From positions 109,554,001 to 109,618,000 of the forward strand of contig OZ024740.1 of assembly GCA_964016885.1 (NCBI GenBank): a stretch of 64,000 nt of DNA, read 5' to 3'. How positions within the stretch are numbered: position 1 is the first letter of the stretch; every line of letters starts with the position of its first letter. This DNA comes from Eledone cirrhosa (lineage: Eukaryota). A model generated the notes under the pieces. That model searched no databases. It had not been told where the DNA came from and was given only the letters and a program-made list of their open reading frames with translations. Position numbers and translations under genes: made by a program. This document shows, in pieces, positions 51,485 to 63,635 of the stretch.

Positions 51485-51629
51485 TTTTCATTGTAGCTAT
51501 TAGCAGACTGTTGAATCCTAGCAAACTTAGAGAGAGAGGGAGGGAGAGATCAATAGACAGAGATAGATAAGTGTGTGTGTGCATATGTAATATATACACA
51601 CACACATATATATATATACATATATCATC

Positions 51630-51669
<40 letters not shown>

Positions 51670-52112
51670 AGAGGGGGGAGAGAAGATATACTGCAAGATA
51701 TGGATAGATAGAGAGATAAATAGCTAAAGATAGGTAGAGAGAGTGAAAGAGATAGCAGGGAGCTAGATATATGATGAGTTACTTGATGAGGAGGTCCTGT
51801 GTGACTGCTGTAAAAGCAGCAACAGTTTAATATTATTCTGGGACAATATATAGCAGACAATCTATGTGTTGTTCATAATTGTTATACTTGGTTGTGTGAC
51901 TTGCTGCAGAGTAACCAAGGCAATATATATAATATATGCACCACCATAATACATAGATGAACATTCAATAATATACTATATATCCACTCATATATATTTA
52001 TTCTTACTATATACACTCTGCTATAGCATTGAGTGCTGGTAATGGTACCTTCCTCAGTAAACCACAAATCTACTGAATCACCTAATCTATATCTATCTAT
52101 CTCTATATATAT

Positions 52113-52318
52113 GTGAGTCCTGGGTTCAATCGGGGGTAACCACAGTAAGTAAGGTACTCAATACATTAGTAGAGTATATACAGCAAAATTTAATATAGAA
52201 ATGGCTTCTACAAGACTAGAACTGTTTCATTTGAAGGAAATCATTAGGAAAGCTTTTCTGATGATTTCCTTCGAATGAAACAGTTCTAGTCCTGTAGAAG
52301 CCATTTCTATATTAAATT
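52113..52318 (-). mobile_element. Palindromic hammerhead mini-element, copy 1
   Basis: Arms 52187-52252 and 52253-52318, plus a 75-bp unpaired tail matching 60898-60970 in reverse. (TA)n lies next to the tail. Confidence 0.9.
52252..52301 (+). ncRNA. Type I hammerhead ribozyme
   Basis: GCTTTT/GAAGC stem I; CTGATGA; T-TTC-CTTC-GAA-T; GAA-ACAG-TTCTAGTC-CTGT-A. Predicted GUA cleavage after 52296. Confidence 0.8.
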
Positions 52319-52540
52319 CTCTCTCACTCTTTCTCTGTATGTATGAGCAAGACAAGGTCAGCTGACCGGGCACTGCCCACAACAGGACAACCCGTCTAAC
52401 CCATGCTAGCGTGCAAGAATGGACGTAAAACGGTGATGATGATGATATAAGAGAGAGAGGGGTCTTATTTTACAGATTACCTATCTGTCTTTATCTATCT
52501 ATTCATATCCCATTCATCTATCCCTATGTCTGTTCATCTA

Positions 52541-52645
52541 ATCTATCTATGCTTACCTACCTAGCTTCACATCTATCTATGCTTACCTACCTAGCTTCAC
52601 ATCTATCTATGCTTACCTACCTAGCTTCACATCTATCTACCTATC
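52541..52645 (+). repeat. Tandem repeat, 30-bp unit x3
   Basis: ATCTATCTATGCTTACCTACCTAGCTTCAC. It supplies a spurious N-terminus to the 522-aa ORF. Confidence 0.95.
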
Positions 52646-52656
52646 TAGAGATATAT

Positions 52657-54937
52657 TTCAAGCATGTTCTACAACGTGAGGACCAAAAACGTGAGGTGTT
52701 CAGGATTGCCAAGCAATGTGTCAAGGAAAACCGTTATATTGTCGGGGAGAAGTGTGTACTTAACGATGATGGCATACTTGCCATCACCAACGCTGATAAG
52801 AAGGTAGCTTGGAAGTGTCACTACGAAAGGCTTCTAAATGAGGAGAACAAATGGGAGAAAGACAGTCTCCCCCACATCGACCCAATAGAGGGACCAGCAA
52901 TGTTAGTCCAGGGTAGTACAATAAGCAAGGCAATCAGAGATATGAAGACGGGTAAGGCGGCTGGTCCTTCGGAAATAGTTGCTGAGATGCTGAAGGCATC
53001 TGGTTCGGTGGGACACACCATGGTCACCCGGATAGTTAACCAAGTCGTACAGAATGGGGTTGTTCCGAAGGACTGGCGTAGCAGCATCATCGTTAACTGC
53101 TATAAGGGAAAAGGAGATGCCCTAGATAGGAGTAACTATAGAGGCATTAAATTAATCGACCAGGTCATGAAGGTCACGGAAAAAGTAATAGCGCAACTAA
53201 TCAGAGAGAGAATTGATCTAGATGAAATGCAGTTCGGGTTTGTGTCAGGCAAAAGTACCACAGACGCTCTTTTCATTGTACGACAACTACAGGAGAAGTA
53301 CCTAGCTAAAAGTAAACCCCTATACTTAGCTTTCGTCGACTTGGAGAAAGCCTTCGACAGAGTCCCCCGTTCCATTATCTGGTGGTCTCTTAGAAAACTA
53401 GGTGTTGACGAATGGCTTGTGAGAGCTATACAAGCCATGTATAAAGAAACAGTCAGTAAGGTTAGAATTAACAACGAATATAGTGAAGAGTTTAGCGTAA
53501 AAGTTGGTGTCCATCAGGGCTCTGTTCTTAGCCCCCTACTATTTATTATTGCCCTTCAGGCTATAACAGAGGAGTTCAAGACCGGCTGCCCATGGGAACT
53601 CCTATACGCAGATGATCTAACGCTCATAGCTGAATCAATGACCGAACTAGAGAAGAAATTCCAAACATGGAAGCACGGCCTAGAATCAAAAGGCCTTAAA
53701 ATTAACCTGGCTAAGACTAAAGTTCTAGTTTGTAGGAAAGAAAATAAGGCGGCGGTCCCATCTGGGAAATGGCCATGCTCAGTGTGTAGGAAAGGCGTAG
53801 GTAGAAACTCCATTTTATGTCCCAAATGCAAAGTATGGGTGCATAACAGATGTAGTGGGATCACAGGTAAGCTAACTAAGAACATAGATTTTACATGTGG
53901 CCGGTGCTCTGGTGCAATAAGTAGCAGCAAGTGCCCACAAAATACTAGCTCCTTCAACTGCGCAGAGGGTTCTATAGAAATAGTGGACAGCTTCCGTTAC
54001 CTGGGTGACAAAATCAGCAGTGGGGGAGGGTGCTCTGAAAGTACAGTAGCTAGAGTCAGAACTGGATGGAAAAAGTTCAGAGAGCTTATACCACTATTAG
54101 CTGCTAAAGGGTTCTAAAAATGAAAGGCAGGTTGTACGATGCCTGCATACGAACAGCAATGCTGCATGGCAGTGAGACCTGGGCATTGTGTGCAGAGGAT
54201 ATACGCAGACTAGAGAGGAACGAAGCTTGTATGCTCCGCTGGATGTGCAATAGTAATATACGTGAACGGCAAAGCATAAACGAACTAAGGAAAAAATTAG
54301 AAATAAGAGGGATCAGATGTTGTTTACTCGAGAGAAGGCTACGTTGGTACGGTCACGTGATGCGCATGAAAGACGACAGCTGTATAACAAAGTGCAGGGC
54401 AATAAAGATAGACGGTAGCCACGGAGTAGGCAGACCCAGAAAAACATGGGACAAGCTGATAAATTCCGACCTCACACGCTTACACCTCTCCAAGACAATG
54501 TCACTGGACCGAGACCTTTGGCGGTACTCAGTAATAGAGAAGACCCGCCTTACCTAAATACAAAGTAAAAACCTACTACAGTCAGTAGGCATCTCTATCA
54601 AAACACACCACCTCCACCCCATCCACACCACCCCTTTCAATGTAAAGTTATGTTGGTCCCACAACATCCAGGCCGAAACAAATGAGATCGTGTAGGTGTC
54701 ACGACAAAAAACACACAGTCCACGCTGTAAATGTGGCCGTGTAGGCAACACGGTAAAAACCTCCCAGCCCCACACTGTAAATGTGGTTGGTGTTAGGAAG
54801 GGCATCCAGCTGTAGAAAACCCACCAGACAGTCCTATGCGAGCAAGACAACCACTCTTGCCTCAAGTGGGAAAACCCCCGTCCAAACCCATGCAAGTGTG
54901 GAACACGGACGCTAAACCTGATGATGATGATGATGAT
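52657..54937 (+). mobile_element. Young RTE LINE, 5'-truncated (RT, PHD insert, 3' UTR, (GAT)n tail)
   Basis: ORF runs to 54117 and resumes at 54120-54557 after a 4-bp deletion. The protein is nearly identical to the 42187-45205 copy. Confidence 0.97.
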
Positions 54938-55059
54938 ATTTAGATATCTGTCCCATATATTTTGCTCTCTGTCTATTAACTGTCACAGCTTCCCATTTTC
55001 CCTTCCAAATGTCTATTTACCTACTCAGCATAAACCTATTTTCTTATCTCTCTACCAAG

Positions 55060-55850
55060 CCATCTTCCACCAAACTATCCTTCCACCTAACCATCCTTCC
55101 ACCTAACCATGCTCCCACCAAACCATCTTCCCCCCTAACCATCCTTACATCAAACCATCCTCCCTCCTAACCATCCTTCCTCATAGCCATCCTTCCACCA
55201 AGCCATTTTTAATAATAATAATGAAATTATTGTGTACAGTGCTCAGGTGCACTACAACTCGTCAAAGGTGTATGTATAGTACATAGAATAATATACAAAT
55301 GTCAGGGAAGTGAATAGTGTATGAGTCATGATATACATGTGTGTATGTGTATGGAGGGGGAATATTAGGTGTAGTGTTGGCGAATCTCGGGAAGTATGGA
55401 GGTTTTAAAAGATGCAGTGTCTCGACAGCTAACAACTGATGCAGGTAGTTTGTTCCATGCTTCAGCAACTCTGAGTGTGAAAAAATGTTTCCGAAAGTCA
55501 TGGGAACTGTGCTGTTTTCTGACTTTGTGGGGATGTCCACGTGTGTTACACACATGGAAATCAAAAAGGTACTCAGGGTTGTTGTTGGCAAGATGGTTAA
55601 TAATTTTGTGGGTGTTTACCAAGTCAGTTGCCAGACGTCGGAGCTTCAATGTATCCATGTCCAGGGAAGCAAGGCGTTCAGAGTATGGTAGATGCCTGAT
55701 GGAGGGTATTCGCTTGGTTGCACGTCTCTGAACAGTTTCCTCCTAACCATCCTCCTACCAAGCCATCCTTCTAACAAACCATCCTTCTATTAAGCCATCC
55801 TTCCACCTAACCATCCTTTCACCCCTAGCTATCCTCCACCCCAAACCATC
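55060..55850 (+). repeat. CCATCCTTCCACCTAA minisatellite split by a CR1 insertion
   Basis: Units are present at 55060-55206 and 55740-55850. Confidence 0.85.
55209..55740 (-). mobile_element. CR1-clade LINE 3' fragment
   Basis: VQRRATK..LPYSERLASL..RRLATDL..TRGH..FFTLRVAEAWNKLP, ending in an (ATT)n tail. Confidence 0.9.
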
Positions 55851-58769
55851 CTTTTACATTTTCTTTTTCTACATAGCTATCTACATAGCCAACTTACTAT
55901 TTCCATCCATGGGTCCTGAACTCCTGAAACTGTCATAAGTGTATCACAGTGATACACAGTGTAGCATGTGTTGGGCAATTTTTACCTGGCAGATCCCCTC
56001 CTTCTCCAGGTACAACTCATTTTTGCCAGCTGGAGCAACATGAAATAACGTGTCTTGCTCAAGGACACAATGCACCACCAGGAACTAACTGATAGTGGCT
56101 CCCTGAATCTCCTAACCCCTATGCCACATACCTTCGCAGACATCATGTATAGGTAAGGTATCTACAGCAATTGTGACTTTCTACTGTTAAAGTTGACTTG
56201 GTTGTTATACTTGTAACACCTGTGTGTGTGGAGGGGGGGGGGGCTGTGTAAGAGTGTGTTTGGTTAGACACCACACTGATATGGTATTTGATAGATAGAA
56301 GAAAGAATGTAAGGAACATAATTTAATTAATGTGGTACACCAGAATTAACCATTTCCATACCAACTTATCCCCCCAAAATGGCCTCTGGTTCTATGAAAC
56401 AAAACCCCACCTTTTTTAATTTTTCGACAATATTATATAAGAACCATATGTTAAGTTACTATCTTAGTAATAAAATAATTAATAATTTTAGTAAAATTCT
56501 CCATAAATAAATAGACTGCTGCTGTTGTTGAGTCCTAGATGAACCCTGATTGAACAGACTTATGATCAAAGTAATTCCAAATATGACTAGCATATCTTTT
56601 TCTTTTGTGCAGGGAACCCAGTATGAAATTATCCAAGATATTTTTTTATATGATGATCCAGTAGTGTGTGATTTGAGGGAGATTTGGCTGCTATTTCTAG
56701 CAAGTCAAATGACCACGTAGCAGCTCGCTGTTGACTCAATTAAACAGTGTGTAGTGGTGCTAATGGTGTTGGTAAAGAGGGTGGTACAGGTAGTAATAAT
56801 GGTGAGGTGAATGAAGTAAGTAACTATTTACATTAGTGATAGTCATCAGGTATATCCCCAAGATGTACCTTTACACTACACCTGAAGCTATGTTCCTCTG
56901 ACTAATATCATCATCATCATTGTTTAATGTCCATCTTTTCATGCTAGCATGGGTTAGCTGAGTTGTCCCATTGTGAGACAAGCCACATCAGATGACTGTG
57001 TCTTGCTCATACAGAACTGTTTCTGGCTTGTTTTCTATGGCTGGATGCCCTTCCTAATGCCAACCACATTTACAGAGTGTACTGGGTACTTTTTGTCATG
57101 TCACCAGCATGGGCACTGTCTCTATAAGTGTGTCTTTCTCTATATATATTTGTATATGCATGTATAGGTATTTATGTGTGCAGAGGAGATAACAAAGGAC
57201 TGCGATTGGAAGGATGTGCTGTGCTGGTAAAGACCCATCAAACCCATGCAAGCATAGTAAAGCAGGCATAAAATGATAAAGATTATTATGTGTATAAGAA
57301 TATAAATGCATGTGTAAATATGTGTCAACATATATATATATATATATTTGTATATAGGTATATGTATGTTATTGTGTGTGTGTGTGTGTATATCTGTGTA
57401 ATATGTGTGTGTAACATATATATATATAGAGATATATGTAAAATGTGTATATATTTGTGTGTGTGTATATAATATGCACACACATAGGACACAGTCACAG
57501 AAAAGTAGTGGCTGTAAAGAATAAAGGAAGAAGACAGTATGGTTCATGTTAAGCGTTAACCATTGTCTCACACTTCAAAGGAGGAATTTGCCAAAGAATT
57601 CAATTTATTTTCATTGCTGCTATCTCTTCTATCTCTCCATCTCTGTTGGTTAATAAGATAGATAACAGTCCCATGAAGCCAATCATTTGAAGCTACAGGT
57701 AAATGTATTGGATACCCTATCATGTGGAAAACACCCTCACCAGTACCAGCACCATCAACACCAACACCACCACCAGCAGCACCTCCACCACCGCCACTAT
57801 TACTACTATAATGGTGGTGGCAACAAAGTGGGGGGAGCAGTGACAGGAGTATTTGCATGCTCATTGATTTGAGAGAAGCAGATTTAGAGACTTGAAGTCT
57901 TGGAAGATCCCAACCTGCTTCTGACTAACTGTTCTAGGTGAGCAGTTGTATATGATGGTGGGGCATAGTGGTGGTGGTGGGGCATAGCGGTGGTGGTAAG
58001 TGTTGTGGTGGTGATGGTGATGGGGAGTTGTGGTGGTGAGGGGTGCGGTGGAGTGTTATGGTGGAGGTGATGGTAGGGTGTTATAGAGGTGGGGCGTTAT
58101 AGTGGTGGTGGTGGGAGCTGTAATGGTATAGTGGCAATCGAGTGTGGTGGCAGAGTGTTATGGTAGTGGGGATATGATGTGGTGGGGTTGATGTTTGAGG
58201 CATGTATAAACAATAATGCAATAATGTGAATTCATGTTTTGGTGGATTCAAAGTTTATAAAATGCATCACTCAAAAACAGAAATTTGTTGAAGTTATCAT
58301 ATGTGCATGTACACACAGACACACAAACAAGCACCTGCACAGTCACGCACACACACACACAGATACACAGCTACAACTGTGTGCTACAGAAGTTCACTTT
58401 GGAACCTTGAGGTTTAGGGCTCTTGTGAAGGAATTTGATAGAAATTGTACGGATGTGTATGTGTATATATATACATACACGCACACACTCACACATACGC
58501 AAATATATATATATACTCACAAACACACAAATATATATATATATATATCATCGTTTTAACATCCACTTCCCCTGGTAGCAAATATATCTCCATCCTGTGA
58601 GGTAATCATGCTGGTGCCATGACAAAAAGCACCCAGTTTACCCTGTAAGTTGGTTGTGTTGGTGACACAACAAAAAACGCCCAGTTTACCCTGGATGGCA
58701 GTTGTTTTAGTGCCATGATAAAAAAGCACCCAGTCCACACTGTAAGTCAGTTGGTGTTGATGTGCTCTT

Positions 58770-59275
58770 TGTGCTCACTTCCTTTGTGCATCTGCCACAT
58801 GTAAAGTCTATATTTTCTGTTAGCCTACCTGCAATCTCACTACATCTCTTTTGCATCCATAATTTACATTTTGTGCACCTTATGGAATTTCTATTCCCTC
58901 ATTTCTAGCATATTGAGGAAGGCCACTTTTCCTATGGTACTAGACTCCTGCCTTTTTTCCTATTTAAGATTTTCATCTTTGCTAGATTTACTTTTAGGCC
59001 TTTCAACTCTAGGTTCTTCCATGCTTGAAATTTTGCTTCTATGGATTCAGCTATAAGGACTAGCTCATCAGCTTATATGAGCTCCCACGGAGTACTAGTT
59101 TTAAAATCCTCAGTGATGCCCTGAAGGACAATGATAAACATGAGTGGACTGGGGGATGATCCCAAGTGGACCCCCACCTGCACTTCAAATTCATGACTGT
59201 ACTAATTGCCAACTCTCACTCTACTGGTTGCTCCTCTATACATAGCCTGCATGATCTTCACAAGCTATTCATCAA
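58770..59275 (-). pseudogene. Degraded RTE (PHD family) RT fragment
   Basis: Homologous to 53410-53900: FEVQVGVHLG, PWELI, GKWP and WMQKRCS remnants. Confidence 0.75.
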
Positions 59276-60759
59276 GGAGATGAGACTGTTTGCTTTGCTT
59301 TTCATCCTTTTGAAGTCAAAATAATAAAATACCAGTTGTAGTTTAGGGAGTCTATTCTTTCTCTATCTCTCCTTTAAAAAAACCCCATTTGTTTTCTAAT
59401 CCAAAGCTCAGTAACTATGCATAGATGGATAGGTTGCTGTATCATTCTCATAATTGTAAAGCTTTCAGAAGACATTCAGAGATGAATAGGTAGAAATCTA
59501 CACTATGCTGACCCATGATCTAAGCGTTTCAGCCATAACCACCCACTCTTATTTTCAAACAATATATCCTTAATTACACTTACTAATGTGTCCCGCCTTT
59601 TTATGATGGTACAGTGATTTGAGATGAATTAGGCTGATATTTTTAGCAGTTCAAGTGACTATACAAAGACTTGCTATCATTGTTTTTGTTATAGTTTCTC
59701 TCATTAGAAACTAGATTTTGTTGTTTAGCCCTAGGTCGGTCCTGATCAAGCCTAATTCAAAGATGTTCAAGTTAAGATCATCATGTCTTTTGCTTAGTCA
59801 TAGTGTATCCAGGACTACATTAATTAATGCACCCTCCCTATTTTATGATAGTAAAGTGTAATTTAAGGGAGAGTCATATGCAACTATTTTTAGCAGGTTG
59901 AGTGACCATGTAAAGGCTCTATTGTTGTCTCAGTTAAAAACTAATGTTTATATGTGTGTAAGAAAGAGAGCAGAATGTTTCTGTGTTGTAGATGGAGAGA
60001 AAGTAAGATATGTATATATTCCATATACCGTATATTCTCGTCTATACGTTACACAGGTAGATAAGCTGCACTTCCATTTTACATACACTATTTACAATCA
60101 ACATCATCATATACCTGTTTTCCCTATATATTTTGAATTAGGGTTTTGTAAATCCAGCAGATTTGTTGCATGCTGGTATTTCACATATCTGTGAAAGGTG
60201 TGTAACTTATACGCAAGTACGTACAGCATAACACACACACACATATATATATGAGAGCAGGTGGGGGTAGCATGTTTCCTTGTTGTAGCTGAGAAGAGCA
60301 TGAAAGATAAGTATAGGTAGGTAGATAGACAGATAGATGTAGGTAGCTTGATACACTAACATAAATGGGTGAAGCTATATAGACAGACAGATAACTAGAC
60401 AAAGAAGGAAGGGGTGGATGGATGGATGGATGGATGGATGGATAGTGTTTCTGTTTGGTAGTTGAGAGAGAGAGAGAGAATTTTATGATGAAAAATTGAG
60501 GAAGGTTGTATGTGAAGCTAGAGACAGAAACAGATCAATAACCTATAACATAGCTACTAAATACAGTAGCTTCTAACATGTGGTGGAGAGAGAGAGAGAG
60601 AGAGATGTAGGAACAGGTACTCAATCCTGTTGCTGGCCTTTTCTTTTACACATTCACACACACATAACAGTCCAACTCATGCCAGCATGGAAAACACATA
60701 AAATGATGATGGTATGTGTATATGCATGGAAATATGCATGAGTTTGTGTGTGTGTGTGT

Positions 60760-60970
60760 GTATAACAAAATTTAATATAGAAATGACTTCTACAGGACTA
60801 GAACTGTTTCATTCGAAGGAAATCGACAGGGCTTTACTGATGATTTTCTTCGAATCAAACAGTTCTAGTCCTGTAGAAGCCATTTCTATATTAAATATTG
60901 TTGTATACCGTCTACTAATGTATTGAGTACCTTACTTACTGTGGTTACCCCCGATTGAACCTGGGACTCA
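60760..60970 (+). mobile_element. Palindromic hammerhead mini-element, copy 2
   Basis: Same family as 52113-52318 in the opposite orientation. The plus-arm core is CTGATGA..CAAAC and the minus-arm core is CTGTCGA..GAAAC. Flanked by (TG)n and (CA)n(TA)n. Confidence 0.9.
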
Positions 60971-60971
60971 G

Positions 60972-61050
<79 letters not shown>

Positions 61051-62398
61051 TAGTCTGTTTCCTGGTTCTTAGAATAAGCAAACCATATCCCTGCATGTTG
61101 TATGAAGTGAAAAAAGATATGGCATTTGGCCACAACACACTACCACAGAAAGTTCTAGTCTCATCCATGTAAGCATGGAAAAGTGGACATAAAAATACTA
61201 TATAGAGTAAATACACACACACATACATATGTACCTGTCATATTACATTATATGATTATATTATTTTATTGTACAAGTGAGCTCTGGAATGGGTTTTTTC
61301 AAATCTTTCATTGAGCTTTTACAGAACAATGAAATTAGCATGTTTTTATTTCAATTCATTTTTTATATAATATAATATATGTGTGTGTATATGTGTGTAG
61401 GAAAAAGAGGGTAAGCAGATTTAGTGTGAGTAATGCAGACGTCTATGGTGGATAACTTACTTAGACACACACACAATCACATCATAAACTACATATATGC
61501 ACACAGCCACATCAAATACAAGGTATATACACCTATATATACATACAAACACACATATGAATAGTTACATCCCATGAGATACTCTCACATATCCACCACT
61601 CCTCACACATACACACACACTCCTCACACTCCTCACACACACATGCAAGCACATACACATACCACCCCCACTAATCACACACACACACGCATTCATACAT
61701 GCCTCTACAAGCATAGACACACACAGATATGAACAGTCACATCCCTTACAAGACACACACACAGAAACAGGTAGCAGATGAAGTATAAAGTGAGTGAGGG
61801 CGGATGCCCTGTAGATCAGTAGTTCTACTGCATCTTCTACTATTATGGTTGCTATGGTAGCAACAACAGCAGCAGCAGGAGGCTATTTTAGGGAGTTTTC
61901 AAAGAAAAAAATATATAACATATATAATGAGAAATATCTTCATGAAAAGAATTAAATTGTTTAAACATTCACACATAATTATTTATATGCAGACACACAC
62001 ACACAGAGAAGCATATACACTCTCATACCTAAATATGCCCTTACTTCAAATATATATACACACACATCTCTATAGCAGGGAAAAACGGATGTTAGATGTG
62101 ATGATGGTATATATATATATACACACTCATCACTCATAATCGAGTATGACTTGGTAGTGTGTACTGTACTTTCTCTCAACCATCCCTTCCCTCAATCTAG
62201 CAGAACATTCAGGATGTGACAGTTAAAAGAAGAGAGGACTGAACCAGCACTGCACTGGGTTGGTACTTTCTTTATCAACCCTGAAAAGATGAAGGGAAAA
62301 ATGGTTTTCGGTGGAATTTGAACTTAGAAAAAAGAGACTAGAAACAAATATCCAACACTCTTTCAACTCTGCTATTACCTGCCTTATATATATATATA

Positions 62399-62874
62399 TC
62401 ATCATCATCATCATTGTCGTTTAATGTCCATCATCCATGCTAGCATGGGTTAGACGGTTTTGTTCCATTTGATGCGGGAATGGTCAGGAGACTGTGTCTC
62501 GCTTGTATGGAAGTGTCTGTGGCAGGTGTTTTACAGCTGGATGCCCTTCCTAACACCAACCTCATTTACAGTGTGGACTGGGAGCCTTTTTTACCATGTC
62601 TCCCACACGACCACCTTACAGTGTGGACTGTGGTGTCATCAACACAGTGGACGGAACGGGAAAGGGAGGATGGAGTAGGGTGTATGGGGTGGAGTGTACA
62701 TTGAGTTAAGAGGTGCCTACTGACTGTAGGTTTGTATGCAAGGGCAGTCGGGTTTTCTGTACAACTGCATGGCACCAAAGATCTCGATCCAGTGACATTA
62801 TTTTAGAGAGGTGTAAGTGAGCAAGGTCAGTTTTTATCACCTCATCCCAGGTTTTTCTTGGTCTACCCACTCCG
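62399..62874 (-). mobile_element. RTE 3' fragment
   Basis: GVGRPRKTWDEVIK..LHLSK, 3' UTR and (GAT)n tail. Confidence 0.88.
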
Positions 62875-62892
62875 TATATATAGATATATATA

Positions 62893-63425
62893 TATGGACA
62901 TGTAATGCGTATGAAGGATGACAGCTGCATAAAAAGGTGCAGAGCACTAAAAGTTGGTGGAAGCCATGGAGTGGGGAGACTCAAAAAGACCTGGGATGAA
63001 GTGATAAAAGCTGACCTTGCCCAATTGCACCTCTCAAAGGCAATGACACAGGACCGAGACCTCTGGTGTTACACAGTGATACAGAAGACCTGACTTCCCA
63101 CGGGTACAAGTCGAAGCTAAAACATATAGACAGTATGCCCCTCCGCCACCCACACTGCAAAGTGGTTGTGGAGGTGTCATGACAAAAAAGCACCCAGCCC
63201 ACACTGTAAAGTGGTCGTGTAGGCGCTACGGTAAAAAAGCACCCAGTACTCACTGTAAATGAGGTTGGTGTTAGGAAGGGCATCCAGCTGTAGAAATCAA
63301 GCCAAAATCAGTTCCTGTATGGGCAAGACATGGTCACCTGATCTGGCATTGCCCACAACAGGACAACCCAACTAACCCATGCTAGCGTGGAAGAATAGAT
63401 GTAAAACGGTGTTGATGATGATGAT
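62893..63425 (+). mobile_element. RTE 3' fragment, divergent from the previous one across a TA tract
   Basis: YGHVMRMKDDSCIKRC..GRLKKTWDEVIK, 3' UTR and (GAT)n tail. Confidence 0.9.
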
Positions 63426-63483
63426 ATATATATAAATGTAGGAGACAAAACATTAATTTATATAATATATACACACACACATA

Positions 63484-63635
63484 CATTTTATTAAAGCTAA
63501 ATAATGAGTCTAGTCACTCTGGAGTTTTGCCTGCTTCTCACAGTGAACTCCAGAGTAACAAGACTCACTACTTAATAAAATGAATACTTAAACTCTACTA
63601 CAGTATTGAATACTCTTTTCTCTTGGTGATCAACT
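63484..63635 (+). mobile_element. Degenerate palindromic mini-element
   Basis: Imperfect arms 63484-63526 and 63546-63582; GAA-CTC-CA-GAG-TA resembles stem III plus a cleavage triplet. The tail CTACTACAGTATTGAATACTC resembles CTACTAATGTATTGAGTACCT of 60912-60932. Confidence 0.6.

Noticed and set aside
52549-52656. N-terminus MLTYLASHLS x3 of the 522-aa ORF
   Set aside because: Chance in-frame read-through of a 30-bp tandem repeat upstream of a truncated RTE.
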